From Candidatus Heimdallarchaeota archaeon (lineage in GTDB: Archaea; Asgardarchaeota; Heimdallarchaeia; Heimdallarchaeales; Heimdallarchaeaceae): a stretch of DNA of 64,000 nt. Both the position numbers and the translations under genes were made by a program. Position 1 is the first letter of the stretch, and each line of letters opens with the position of its first letter. Positions 37,263 through 47,695 of the stretch are shown piece by piece. The notes below the pieces were generated by a model. It made no database searches, had not been told where the DNA came from, and saw only the letters and a program-made list of their open reading frames with translations. The DNA lies in the NCBI GenBank assembly GCA_018238545.1, contig JABCTC010000005.1:32001-96000 (forward strand), read 5' to 3'.

Positions 37263-38450
37263 ATGAATATGAATGACTTTTCTCCTATTTACTGGAGTGC
37301 ACCTTATCAAAAAGAAGTATTAGCAAAAGTTATTGGAATAAACAAACATGAAGTTAAGGTAGATAAAGCACTTTTTTATCCTAGTGGAGGAGGGCAATTA
37401 TCAGATCTTGGTTTAATTGTATATCAACAACAAGATATCAAAGTTATAGGTATAGAAAAAAGAGAGGATGGAAATTGGCTTCAAATTGATTCTGTAGGAG
37501 ATTCAGGCTTAGAAGAAGGAATGGAAGTCTTGCTCCAACTAGATTGGGATAGAAGATATTCCTTCATGAAATCTCATTCTTCTCAACACCTTATTTCACA
37601 TGTCTTAAAACGATTATTCGATATTGAAACACTAAAAGCCAATTTTGACGATGAAAAAATAGATATTGAAGTTTCAAGAAACTTATCTGAAGCAGAAATT
37701 TCAGAAGTACTACAAGAATCTAATCAATTGATTAACGAAGGAGCAGAGGTTATCTCTCTCATTGTGGATAAAGACGAATACAAGAATAAATACAGAGATG
37801 TTGCCAGAGGAAAAGTCTCAAATGAAAACACAGTGAGACTAATACAACTTGGTGAGGGAGAAGGATATGATTTAACTTGTTGTGGAGGAGTTCATGTTAA
37901 AAACCTTTCAGAAATCAAAGGGATATTTCTTGATACTTTCAAAGGTAATTCACTAAAATTCTTCATAGATAAACATGGAATCGATTCAGTGAATAGACAA
38001 AGGATTCTAATGATAAATCTCGAAGAAATTACAGCAAAGAAGGGAGAAAAACTTGTTGAAATGTTAAAAAATAAACTAAATGAAGGTAAAATTCTACAAG
38101 AAGGAAATCTTAGTCTCCTCAAAATGGTTTTCAGCGAGATTGCTTACAGGAGTCAAGAAATAAATGGCAACAAAATAGTATTTTTTAATCTACCGGAAAT
38201 CGATAGGCAAGCTCTACAATCAGCAGCAAGAGAATTGGAAAAAGGATTTCTTATAGTGGTTTTAGGTAGAAACGATATTCTCTACTTTATATCAACTAAT
38301 GGGGAGCTAAGCGCAAAAAAAATCAATGATATAATAATTGAAAAAACAGGTTCAAAGGGAGGAGGAAACAAAGGATTTGCACAAGTTAATGTAAAAAATA
38401 TTGAGAATCCTCTTAGTTTAGTTAAAGAGGTTCTAACAATGTTTAATTAA
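37263..38450 (+). CDS. alaX: Alanyl-tRNA editing protein (AlaX-L type) with DHHA1 domain
   Basis: FYPSGGGQLSDLG, HSSQH, CGGVH; C-terminal KGGGNKGFAQ. Confidence 0.88.
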   Translation: MNMNDFSPIYWSAPYQKEVLAKVIGINKHEVKVDKALFYPSGGGQLSDLGLIVYQQQDIKVIGIEKREDGNWLQIDSVGDSGLEEGMEVLLQLDWDRRYSFMKSHSSQHLISHVLKRLFDIETLKANFDDEKIDIEVSRNLSEAEISEVLQESNQLINEGAEVISLIVDKDEYKNKYRDVARGKVSNENTVRLIQLGEGEGYDLTCCGGVHVKNLSEIKGIFLDTFKGNSLKFFIDKHGIDSVNRQRILMINLEEITAKKGEKLVEMLKNKLNEGKILQEGNLSLLKMVFSEIAYRSQEINGNKIVFFNLPEIDRQALQSAARELEKGFLIVVLGRNDILYFISTNGELSAKKINDIIIEKTGSKGGGNKGFAQVNVKNIENPLSLVKEVLTMFN

Positions 38451-39442
38451 TAGAATTCATCTTTCGGACCTATGTAAGTATATGTAACTGGGTCTGATTT
38501 CTCGTTTTTCTGAACCTTCTTCTCATCAATTAGTTTATTGAGATGTGCTTCCATATTCACTTTTGGAGCCATCATCATATAGGGATGATACCAAACTATT
38601 CCTTGTGAAGAATGTACTCTTTCAATTAACTCATCTCGAGTAATATATTTTTGCTCAGTCATTGCCATTAAGAGCTGGCTCTCAAACTGCATGAATGATT
38701 CTTTAACATCGCGGATGTATGGAGAAATGTGTCTAGCTTCTTGATAACCATCATGAGCAGGACATAAAACGGAAATTTTAGCCTTTTCAAGGAATTCTAT
38801 GTTCTTGAACCATTTTTTATAGTTTCCAGTATAATCAATGATATAACAACTTGGAAGGGCAGGATAGATATTAAGGGCATCACCGGTAAACATAGTGCGT
38901 TCAGTTGTAGAGAAAAACATACTATGCCCAAAGCTTGTCCCATCAAAATTTACAACCATTATTTTAGTATCTCCAATATCGAATTTATCTCCATCTTTGA
39001 AATAAATGTCAGGTTTAAATTTATCCAAATCATCAAAAGGATCTTTTTTCACTGCAAAATAAAGGCGCTCTTTTCTCGAAAACTTGAAATTCACTGCCCT
39101 TAATTCATCCTTAGGATCTTCCATTACGCTCTTTAGTTTTTCATGTATAGCAACTTGAGCATTTGGAAAAATTTTCTTTAGTTTGTAAACACCACCCATT
39201 ATATCGGGATATGCATGTGTCAAAAAGATATATTTTACATCTTTTACATCCTTGCCTTTGTTGAAGATAGCTTCTTGGAAATCAGTTTCAATTGTTCCAC
39301 GTTTTCCAGTATTTATAATTGCAAAAGAATCCTTTCCAACTATATATCCACGGTTTTTTTCTCCTCCATCTCCCGATGGTCCTTCAACTACAGTTAATCT
39401 TTCATTGATATCGTGTATAGAGTCTCTTATCATTATGAACAC
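38447..39442 (-). CDS. MBL-fold protein with degenerate metal site and C-terminal winged helix
   Basis: INTG, THAYPDIMGG, GTSFGH, FTGDAL, PAHDG; AHLNKLIDEKKV wHTH. Confidence 0.75.
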   Translation of the reverse strand: MFIMIRDSIHDINERLTVVEGPSGDGGEKNRGYIVGKDSFAIINTGKRGTIETDFQEAIFNKGKDVKDVKYIFLTHAYPDIMGGVYKLKKIFPNAQVAIHEKLKSVMEDPKDELRAVNFKFSRKERLYFAVKKDPFDDLDKFKPDIYFKDGDKFDIGDTKIMVVNFDGTSFGHSMFFSTTERTMFTGDALNIYPALPSCYIIDYTGNYKKWFKNIEFLEKAKISVLCPAHDGYQEARHISPYIRDVKESFMQFESQLLMAMTEQKYITRDELIERVHSSQGIVWYHPYMMMAPKVNMEAHLNKLIDEKKVQKNEKSDPVTYTYIGPKDEFY

Positions 39443-39446
39443 CTAA

Positions 39447-40280
39447 TTATCTTGCTTCTGCAAGAATATTTGCAACTGTTTTGCTTACTTTCTTCATTCT
39501 ATCAATTTCTACAGACTTCTCTTGTTTATATTTCCCATATTCTTTTTCTGAAATCTCACCTGTTTGTGAGTTGACATAAAGAATCTCTAGATCTCTTTGC
39601 AAAGTTTTCATCTTTTTCTCTAAAGCGTCAAAGGTCTTTCGCATCTTTGCTAGTTCAACATTGAGCTTGAGTTCTAGATTTTTGATGTTTTTCTTGAATT
39701 TAGTTTCCATTTCCTCTAGTGTAGCTCTACTGACTGCTTTGTCTCCCTTAAGACCACTTAGTTTTTTGAGTTTCTTCTTTTCATTATTTCTGTCTTCTAT
39801 TATTTCTTCTATAGGCAAAATAGCTGAAAAGTTCTCAAATTGGTCTTCTAGAACAGAAACACTTTCAACCTCTTCCTTCAATTCTTTTATTCTAGGTAAG
39901 GCTTCATTTCTAGGAATGAGTTTGTTTTTGACACGATCAAGTAGTTTGTTGATTTCGTCATCTAAATCGGTTTTCTTCTTAAGAAGAGCATTATAATCTT
40001 CTCTTTTAACAATGACATCAGCAATTCGCTCTACTAGCTCGTCATCTGTTAGCTCTTTCTTCTCTTCTTCTTCAACTTTGACTTCTTCAACTTCTAAAGG
40101 CTCATAAAGCATTCCAGTTGGCGATTCAGGATCTTCCGTAGCTATTTCAACGACTTCGTCCTTTACAATAAACTCCTCAGGATCTTCTTTATGAACTAAT
40201 CTTGCACCACATTTTCGACAAAAATTCCATTGAGATTGAACGGGGTTTCTGCAGTAATGACATTCTACCATACAATTCAC
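39447..40280 (-). CDS. Zinc-ribbon plus coiled-coil protein (CdvA-like C-terminus)
   Basis: CHYC...FCRKCG; long coiled coil; LYVNSQTGEISEKEY. Confidence 0.6.
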   Translation of the reverse strand: MNCMVECHYCRNPVQSQWNFCRKCGARLVHKEDPEEFIVKDEVVEIATEDPESPTGMLYEPLEVEEVKVEEEEKKELTDDELVERIADVIVKREDYNALLKKKTDLDDEINKLLDRVKNKLIPRNEALPRIKELKEEVESVSVLEDQFENFSAILPIEEIIEDRNNEKKKLKKLSGLKGDKAVSRATLEEMETKFKKNIKNLELKLNVELAKMRKTFDALEKKMKTLQRDLEILYVNSQTGEISEKEYGKYKQEKSVEIDRMKKVSKTVANILAEAR

Positions 40281-40341
40281 CTTTCTTAAGATAGAAAAGA
40301 GGTTATCCTTAAAAAAGATAATCTTTTGCAGACATATAATT

Positions 40342-40899
40342 ATGTATAAAATAGCAATTTGTTCAAAAAATCCAGTGAAAATTCAAGCTGCAAAGGAAGC
40401 TTGTGAATCTTACTTCAAAGAAATTGAGTACAAAACTTTAGATTTGAGTCAATACGAGGGTGTTTCAAGCCAACCAATGTCATCTGAGGAAACACTAAAA
40501 TCTGCGTTAAGAAGACTGAAAATCGCAAGAACGTTAGAAGAAGCGGATTATTACATTAGTCTTGAAGGAGGATTAAACAGAGATTTTTATGGATCCTTTC
40601 TCACATGGTACATTTGTGTAGGCAATAAGAAGGGGGAGGAATCTATTGCAGGGGGAGGTAGGATGGCAGTACCATCAATCATTTATGATACTCTTATTAA
40701 CAATCCGGAAAAAGAGCTTGGGGAAATAATGGATGAACTAATTGGAGAGAATAATATTAAACAGAAGGGTGGAAGTACAGCAATATTTACTGATAATAGA
40801 ATAATGAGAAAGGATGTCTTTAAACGAGATATTATACTAGCCTTTGTTCCATTTGTAAATACAACTTTTAGAAGGATTGAAAATATAACGAACACCTAG
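40342..40899 (+). CDS. yjjX: Inosine/xanthosine triphosphatase (YjjX/DUF84)
   Basis: SKNPVKIQA, GVSSQPMS.EET, LEGGL, ELG..MD, NIKQKGG. Confidence 0.88.
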   Translation: MYKIAICSKNPVKIQAAKEACESYFKEIEYKTLDLSQYEGVSSQPMSSEETLKSALRRLKIARTLEEADYYISLEGGLNRDFYGSFLTWYICVGNKKGEESIAGGGRMAVPSIIYDTLINNPEKELGEIMDELIGENNIKQKGGSTAIFTDNRIMRKDVFKRDIILAFVPFVNTTFRRIENITNT

Positions 40900-40983
40900 A
40901 TATCAAAAAAAAAAAATTTGTATAAAAAGCACATTTTATAAATGTTATATGTGATTCTCAAACAAATAGAGATATGTGATATT

Positions 40984-41229
40984 ATGAAAGACAAAGTGCA
41001 AGCAACTTTAAACGAAATCCGAGTAGCTCTCCAACAAGATGGTGGAGATATTGAGCTTAAAGAGGTTGATGAGGAAACAGGAACAGTCCGTGTTGAGCTT
41101 CAAGGTGCATGTAGAGGTTGTCCCTATAGTCAACTAACACTTACAGGTTATGTTGAAAAAGTTCTAAAGGAAAGGGTTCCTGGCGTCAAAGAAGTTGTAA
41201 ATGTCAACTTAGAAGCGATGCAAACCTAG
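40984..41229 (+). CDS. NifU C-terminal (Nfu) Fe-S carrier domain protein
   Basis: IRVALQQDGGDIEL...LQGACRGCPYSQLTL. Confidence 0.9.
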   Translation: MKDKVQATLNEIRVALQQDGGDIELKEVDEETGTVRVELQGACRGCPYSQLTLTGYVEKVLKERVPGVKEVVNVNLEAMQT

Positions 41230-41298
41230 AAAGACTTACATAAAGTTTTTTTATTCAATTATTCTTACTTCTATTGTTATTAACAGAGGACACTATAA

Positions 41299-43833
41299 AT
41301 GCCAAATACGCTTCCTGCAGAAATCTTAGCTCATCAAAATAGAATCAGTCCAGAGATACGTGAATTTTTCATTGAAACATTGCAAGGAACTTTTACCCCA
41401 GAGGCATCCGTACAATTAGGTAGGACATTATGGCATATTGTTGATGATCCTGTTTATGAGGGGGATGAAGAATTAAAGTATCTTGCAAGCAAGATTGGAG
41501 TAATGGTTGGTCAATATGACCTTGCAATAAAGTGTATTACTGATTCTATTATTGGTACCAAAGTATGGGGTAGTGTTGCTCTTTTTGAGATTGGTGAAAT
41601 AGACCAAGCATTCAGTAACTTACAAGATGTGATTGAGAATGAAAATACTGACTTCTTGCCTCTTATAGAAGCCATTTTTTGGATAGTATACATTAAATAT
41701 CTAATTGGAGATACAGAAAATCTAGAATCTTATAAAAATAGGTTGAATGAGATTTTTACTGAAAGGAATATTAGACTATTGCCTCAACACCTTCATCAAA
41801 TTAAAGATTTTATTGAAGGAATTATTGAATTACAATCTGCCAACAACATATCAGGTTTGAAGAGGATTGAAGATTTTTTGGAAGATAGAGAAGCAGTATC
41901 TGATCAGTATTGGCAACTATTAGCCCTCCTTACTCTTGGAGAACAAACTTTAGATTCATCTGATTATATTTCCTCAGGAAAAATCTATTCAAAATCAAAA
42001 TTACTTGGAACTAATCTTTCTAATATTTCTCTCACTAGTGCTGCTGAAATAGGTTTAATCCATGTTCATTATCTTAAAGGGGAACTCAAAGCAGGAAATA
42101 TCTTATCTGCACAGACTATTGATAGATTACAAGGCATGTCCCAATACTATCTTGGAAAAGCTCATTTTGCTAAAGGTAGAATCTTAGCAAAACTAGGTCA
42201 CCATCAAATGGCAAGAAATAGTTTCAATACATCGTATTCTTTGGCAAAACAATATCGAGATTATAACAGAGCTTTTCTCTCTTTAATTGCAACCGCTGAC
42301 AATTATATTTCAATAAATGAAAGAGAAAAAGCTCAAGAATTATACGATAAAGCTTACAATCAAATTGTTAATATTGCTAATAAAAGACAATTCGCAAAAG
42401 CATTAGTACAGATTGCTGTAGGAGACATTCGCCAAGGAAACATTCAAAGTGCTACAATAAGAGTTAATCAGATTGAAACACTTTCTGAAGAAATTCTATA
42501 TCAAAAAGGTAAAACAGATGCTCTGAGATTAAGAGCTCAAATTGCCATAAGCTTAAATGAAGATATTAAAAAGCAGATTTTCATTCTCAAAGCCTGTCAA
42601 ATTCTATATCTAGAAGTTGGTGACGAGGAAAGTAATGCAAATTGCGACATTTTAATAGCAGAAGCAAATACTCGAATTGGTAATATAAATGAAGCTGCTT
42701 CGCATTTAGAGAATGCAAAGAATTTCTATCTGAAGATATCAGAAAGCTTGAAAATCGCAGAAATTAAAGAACTGCAATCCTCTTTTGATTTAGAAGAGGG
42801 TAGATTTGATGAAGCTCTTGTTAAACTCCGATCCGCATACAGTCACTATTCAGACATATTTGATCGAAATAGAAGAGTCAGATGTTTAAGAAAAGTTGCA
42901 GATATTCTAGCAATTAAGGGAGACTTCCGAGAGAGTATTAGTAGATACAAAAAAGTTGAAGGAATGATAGGAGAGACAGAGAACATAGTAGAAAAGGTAA
43001 TCATCAACCTAAACAAAGCTAGGATTTACCTATATGAAGAAAAATTTGCACAATCCTTGGAATCTTACAAAATCGCTGAAAGTTTCTTAATTGAACACAA
43101 AATTAAGGAAGTTCTTAATGAGGTTCTTGTTGAAAAGGGCTTACTTTACATCTACAGTGGTGATTTTGAATTATTAGAAGAGACACTCAAACAGATTAAA
43201 GAGCAATTTGAAGACAAGGACGAATTTGAATTAACAAAGAAGTTCCTCTATGCCCTGAAACATATAAAAATGGAACAATTCAGCGAAGCTTATTCATATT
43301 TAACAGAAGTTTTACAGAAAACATTTGAAAACGAACATCTAATGTCTGCGAGTATATTGTTCAATTTGATTTTTGTGATAGTCAAATTAAATATTGAAAA
43401 TCTAACAGAATCGTTTGTTGTAGAAGAAATAAATAACTATTTTGGATTTATCAGTAGCATTACACATGAATTCGATTATTTTTATTTAAAGGGGTTAGGT
43501 TTTCTTGTTGAATTACTGTGGAGAGTTATAGAAAAAGGAGATAGAGATTATAATGAGATATTGGTACAAGCTTCTGAATACTATGCAGGTACTGGTATTG
43601 AGATTTTTGGAAGTAGCCTTCTGGTGCTACAATACAACATTGGTTTATGGGAAAATCAAGAGGATTTAAGATTAAAAGAAATACTTGGGATAGTGAAAAA
43701 ATATGGCTCTAAAGAAGAAGCGTTTTTAGAATTCTTGGAGGATTCTACAAGAGCTATGTTAATTGAAAAACTACTAGAAACAGAAAAAAACCTTTTGGAA
43801 AGTATGTTGAAAGAAGAATCATCAAAAGAATAA
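41299..43833 (+). CDS. Large TPR-like alpha-solenoid protein
   Basis: Repeated TPR-like helical units. Confidence 0.75.
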   Translation: MPNTLPAEILAHQNRISPEIREFFIETLQGTFTPEASVQLGRTLWHIVDDPVYEGDEELKYLASKIGVMVGQYDLAIKCITDSIIGTKVWGSVALFEIGEIDQAFSNLQDVIENENTDFLPLIEAIFWIVYIKYLIGDTENLESYKNRLNEIFTERNIRLLPQHLHQIKDFIEGIIELQSANNISGLKRIEDFLEDREAVSDQYWQLLALLTLGEQTLDSSDYISSGKIYSKSKLLGTNLSNISLTSAAEIGLIHVHYLKGELKAGNILSAQTIDRLQGMSQYYLGKAHFAKGRILAKLGHHQMARNSFNTSYSLAKQYRDYNRAFLSLIATADNYISINEREKAQELYDKAYNQIVNIANKRQFAKALVQIAVGDIRQGNIQSATIRVNQIETLSEEILYQKGKTDALRLRAQIAISLNEDIKKQIFILKACQILYLEVGDEESNANCDILIAEANTRIGNINEAASHLENAKNFYLKISESLKIAEIKELQSSFDLEEGRFDEALVKLRSAYSHYSDIFDRNRRVRCLRKVADILAIKGDFRESISRYKKVEGMIGETENIVEKVIINLNKARIYLYEEKFAQSLESYKIAESFLIEHKIKEVLNEVLVEKGLLYIYSGDFELLEETLKQIKEQFEDKDEFELTKKFLYALKHIKMEQFSEAYSYLTEVLQKTFENEHLMSASILFNLIFVIVKLNIENLTESFVVEEINNYFGFISSITHEFDYFYLKGLGFLVELLWRVIEKGDRDYNEILVQASEYYAGTGIEIFGSSLLVLQYNIGLWENQEDLRLKEILGIVKKYGSKEEAFLEFLEDSTRAMLIEKLLETEKNLLESMLKEESSKE

Positions 43834-43840
43834 ATTTTTC

Positions 43841-45133
43841 TTATTTCAAACTTTCAAGAGCTTTTTCAACAACCTGAGAAGACAAACCAATATAATTTAA
43901 GGGGTCAAGAATTCTATCAATATCTTCTAAACTGAAAAATTTCATTATAACAGCATCGTTTTTTACAGCTTCAACAAAGTTTTCTTCATTTGATAGTTGC
44001 TTCAACAGTTCATGAGCTTGCTGCCTTCCTAATTTACTAGCTAATTCAATCATGAGGTTCTCAGCACATTGAGCTCCTTTACGTAGATAGAGATTAATTT
44101 TAATTTTATCTGAATTTAGATGTAAAGATTTCAGAACACTATTCATTTGAAGGAGAATGTAATGAGTTAAGATAGATGTTTCTGCTAAAATAACTCTTTC
44201 TGAACTAGAGTTAGTTAAATCTCTTTCATGTTCTAAACAAATATTATCAAGTCCTGTCTGAATGTTACCCCGTATAACACGTGCTAATCCACAAATCCTT
44301 TCACTTTTTTCCGGATTCCTTTTTTGTGGCATTGTTGAAGATCCAACCTGAGTTTTAATGAAAGATTCTCTAACCTCATCAATTTCAGTTCTTTGTAAAT
44401 TTCTAATTTCTCTAGCAAAATGATCTAGAACGGTTGCGATAAGACCTAGTCCATAAATGTAGTTAGAGTAAACAACTCTACTAACAACTTGCGTAGTAAT
44501 AGGTAAGCGATTTAATCCCAATCTTTCTAAAACTATTTTTTCAATTTCCATAGTTCGGAATGATGCGTAAGTACCAACGGCTCCTGACATCTTTCCAAAA
44601 TTTATATCTGCATTCTCCAATGTTTTTTTTGCCAAACTCAATTCATTTAAGAAATTAGCGAATTTCATTCCGTAGGTCGTAGGAATAGCATGAATACCGT
44701 GTGTTCTCCCTATACATGCAAGATTTTTGTATTTCAATGCCAGCTTAGCAGAAATGTTCATGGTTTCTATAATTGATTCAAGAATCAACTCCTTTGCTTC
44801 GAGCAGTTGTAAACCTCTGACTGTATCTTGAATATCATATGAAGTAGCACCTAGATGTATATATCCCCCTTCTTCTCCACACTGTTCTGATATAGCTAGT
44901 ACTACGCTCATCAAATCATGATGAATTTCCTCTTCAATTTCCTTAACTCTTTCAAGTTTAACGAAACTAGGTGAACACTTCTCTTTGATAACTTCATAAG
45001 CTCTTTCTGGTATTTTACCAGTTTTATAATTTGCATAAGCTAATTCTTTCTCAACAAGGAGCTGAAGTTCAAACTTTTTTTGTTCTGAAAACACTTTTTT
45101 CATTGATGTTTCATATCTACTTATTTCAAGCAT
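43841..45133 (-). CDS. purB: Adenylosuccinate lyase
   Basis: HLGATSYD, GRTHGIHA.PTTYG, GSSTMPQKRNP, HERDLTNSS.ER. Confidence 0.95.
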   Translation of the reverse strand: MLEISRYETSMKKVFSEQKKFELQLLVEKELAYANYKTGKIPERAYEVIKEKCSPSFVKLERVKEIEEEIHHDLMSVVLAISEQCGEEGGYIHLGATSYDIQDTVRGLQLLEAKELILESIIETMNISAKLALKYKNLACIGRTHGIHAIPTTYGMKFANFLNELSLAKKTLENADINFGKMSGAVGTYASFRTMEIEKIVLERLGLNRLPITTQVVSRVVYSNYIYGLGLIATVLDHFAREIRNLQRTEIDEVRESFIKTQVGSSTMPQKRNPEKSERICGLARVIRGNIQTGLDNICLEHERDLTNSSSERVILAETSILTHYILLQMNSVLKSLHLNSDKIKINLYLRKGAQCAENLMIELASKLGRQQAHELLKQLSNEENFVEAVKNDAVIMKFFSLEDIDRILDPLNYIGLSSQVVEKALESLK

Positions 45134-45213
45134 ATTGAACCCTCATTCAAACAAACTACAAATAGCGCATGTCAATATAAGTTTGACCGATAAAAACAAA
45201 AAGAAGAGGAAAA

Positions 45214-46554
45214 TCAGGTAAATGCTTTCTTTTTCCTTATTATTATAACTATGATAAGCAACGTAGGGACTACAATCAAGAAGGTGTATGCATCTGTTTC
45301 GTCTGTATTTGTAACTGGTCTATAAGTTAAATCGAAATTATATGTTTCTGAATGCACCGTTACATTTGAGGCTTCTGAATGTACTGATATACATGTTGCA
45401 TTAGTAATAGTCATTGTAGAAAAACTTCTGTAAAAGAGTGGGGCTTGTCTGTGATAGACGGTGTAACCTGCCCTAGAAAAGTCATACGAATGTATATGTC
45501 CAAATGCTGCAAATTCTATTGGGAATGATTTGATAAGATCTCCAGCATTATTATTAAAGTCGTAATGATAATAAAGTACATTTGCAGTTCCACTATTTTC
45601 ACTCAAAATAACTCTTAACTGCTGCATTTCAGCTGAATTCAGTCCCTCAAAGGAAGAACCAAATCCAACAAAATTCCAATCTAGATAAGAGAAGTTTTGA
45701 TACCTAAGTGGTCCAAGATAATTATACCAGTTTTCTACTAAATTATCGGGTACAAGGTTAGATGGAGAAAATTCATGATTTCCATGAATAAGATAAACTG
45801 GTAAATTAAGTGTGTCAAGAGCCCATAAACCGAGTTTTAATTGTATTTCAGATCTTAGAGGTTTCCCAGTTTCAGGATCTACAAAAACTGTTGTTGGACC
45901 CTGAATTAAATCACCGGTACATATAATAAAATCAGGATTCAATTTCCTTACTTTTTCCATTTCTTCAAGATTGATATCAGTCGTGTTAGTATCACTCAAT
46001 AGTGCTGGGAAATGGAGGTCAGATATATGAATAAAATTGAAGGGATATTGCTTACTTTCAACAAGTTTTACAGAATGAGTTTGATAATCGTCACCCATAC
46101 TGCAGTTTAATTGAAGATCATACAAACCCTCTATTTGATCGGAGGGCAATGTCTTGAATAGCCATGTTTCATTAACATATTCTAAATCAACTATATCCAT
46201 AGAAATCGCTGTACTACCATTAATTAGTTTAATATTCCAATTTGTTGCATCTGCAGAGGTGTTTACAATGATATTAATCTGCTCTCCAAAGATAGCTATT
46301 TTCGGATTGGCTTTATTTGGATATTGTATTAAGCCAAAGGGTCTAGCAGCTAAATGATAACGTGGAAATGAGGTTTCATTGAAGAATTCCTCAGAGGAAG
46401 TTGCATTATATCGTTCTTCTAGCTCGATTAAAGGGAATTGATTTTGAGATTCAGCAATAACGTTACTAGAGTATCCGTTAAATGAAACTGCAGAAGAAAT
46501 GAAGAAAACACATAATATTACTGCGATGAGAGATTTCGATTTCATATAGAACAT
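45214..46554 (-). CDS. Secreted calcineurin-like metallophosphoesterase, C-terminal TM anchor
   Basis: HISDLH, TGDL, GNHE, GHIH; signal peptide; C-terminal TM plus RKKK. The start may be 46545. Confidence 0.85.
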   Translation of the reverse strand: MFYMKSKSLIAVILCVFFISSAVSFNGYSSNVIAESQNQFPLIELEERYNATSSEEFFNETSFPRYHLAARPFGLIQYPNKANPKIAIFGEQINIIVNTSADATNWNIKLINGSTAISMDIVDLEYVNETWLFKTLPSDQIEGLYDLQLNCSMGDDYQTHSVKLVESKQYPFNFIHISDLHFPALLSDTNTTDINLEEMEKVRKLNPDFIICTGDLIQGPTTVFVDPETGKPLRSEIQLKLGLWALDTLNLPVYLIHGNHEFSPSNLVPDNLVENWYNYLGPLRYQNFSYLDWNFVGFGSSFEGLNSAEMQQLRVILSENSGTANVLYYHYDFNNNAGDLIKSFPIEFAAFGHIHSYDFSRAGYTVYHRQAPLFYRSFSTMTITNATCISVHSEASNVTVHSETYNFDLTYRPVTNTDETDAYTFLIVVPTLLIIVIIIRKKKAFT

Positions 46555-46657
46555 ATAAATTCTTTGTTGAAAAAGATTACTGAATTTTGAGAAAGTAAAG
46601 TGTAATTTGTTTCCTCGATGCAAAACCTTTTTTTGAGACAATAACATAAACATAATT

Positions 46658-47689
46658 ATGCCTCATGAGAGAATGGCCCATAATCTTAATCAAAGCATTT
46701 TTGCTATTTTAGTTGGAACTATCTTTAGCTGGCTCATAATCGCCCTATTTAGTATGAATGCACTAATTCTAGTTATTTTCGAAATTCCACTAGCAATTCT
46801 AGTAGAATTATATGTGGTAACAGAATGTGTCTATTTGTATAAAGATGAAGTTTCAATACAAACAACTTTCAATATGCTTAAATCATTGTTTAAATCTTTA
46901 CTAATCTCAATACCTATTGTAATATTCTACAGCGCTATAATTTTGATACTTCATAATTCCATTGCAAGCTTAAACAGCGCACTTGAACCATTGTTTTCGG
47001 AAACAATCCAAGGTTTAGAGGTATTTCTAGCTATTCCACTTATAAATTTCATTCCTATCTTCATTATGATTTTCTTTACACCTTTTCTATTGTTCTTCTA
47101 TGGAAAAGTACACATTTTGATATGGGGAAAGTCAAAGGAAAGGAAAGAGGAAGATCAAGCAGAATTCGAAGCTAAGGAAGAAGAAGTACACAGACAGAAA
47201 ACATCTGAAATAATGAAAATATTGGATGATAGTATGGTACAATTGCAACAATACTTGTTAGAATTACAAGCATTCGATTCCACAATTAATTCAATAAACG
47301 ATCAGGAAACCTATAAAACAGTCACTATGCGATTAACCATGATGAAAGATTATATTGTCTCACTTGGTATAGATGAAACTAAAGAGAATAAATCATTTCT
47401 GAAGAAGAAGGAAATTAGCAACAAAATTAAAGAAATTGATATGCAAAAAGCGACAATTACTGATATTATTGAACAAAAAGCTAAGAAGCTTAAGAAGGAA
47501 AAAGGAATTTTCGAAAAAGATGAGCAACAAGATGAATACATAAAAGGTGGATCTAAGAAGAAAAAGAAAGAGTCACCTGAACCTCCTGAAGAGAAGAAAG
47601 AGTCACCTGAACCTCCTGAAGAGAAGAAAGAGTTACCTGAACCTCCTGAAGAGAAGAAAGATGAAAAAAATGAAGAAAACGGAGAATAG
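46658..47689 (+). CDS. Membrane protein with coiled-coil, repeat-containing cytoplasmic tail
   Basis: About 4 TM helices, then a charged tail. Confidence 0.65.
   Translation: MPHERMAHNLNQSIFAILVGTIFSWLIIALFSMNALILVIFEIPLAILVELYVVTECVYLYKDEVSIQTTFNMLKSLFKSLLISIPIVIFYSAIILILHNSIASLNSALEPLFSETIQGLEVFLAIPLINFIPIFIMIFFTPFLLFFYGKVHILIWGKSKERKEEDQAEFEAKEEEVHRQKTSEIMKILDDSMVQLQQYLLELQAFDSTINSINDQETYKTVTMRLTMMKDYIVSLGIDETKENKSFLKKKEISNKIKEIDMQKATITDIIEQKAKKLKKEKGIFEKDEQQDEYIKGGSKKKKKESPEPPEEKKESPEPPEEKKELPEPPEEKKDEKNEENGE
47564..47661 (+). repeat. 30-bp tandem repeat x3.3 encoding KKESPEPPEE
   Basis: Unit AAGAAAGAGTCACCTGAACCTCCTGAAGAG; one C>T change in copy 3. Confidence 0.95.
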
Positions 47690-47695
47690 TTTTCT

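Noticed and set aside
40905-40916. A12 homopolymer as a phase-variation switch
   Set aside because: Intergenic in an AT-rich genome; no evidence of length variation from a single sequence.
47564-47661. 30-bp repeats as a CRISPR array
   Set aside because: Head-to-tail with no spacers, in frame within a CDS, and no cas genes.
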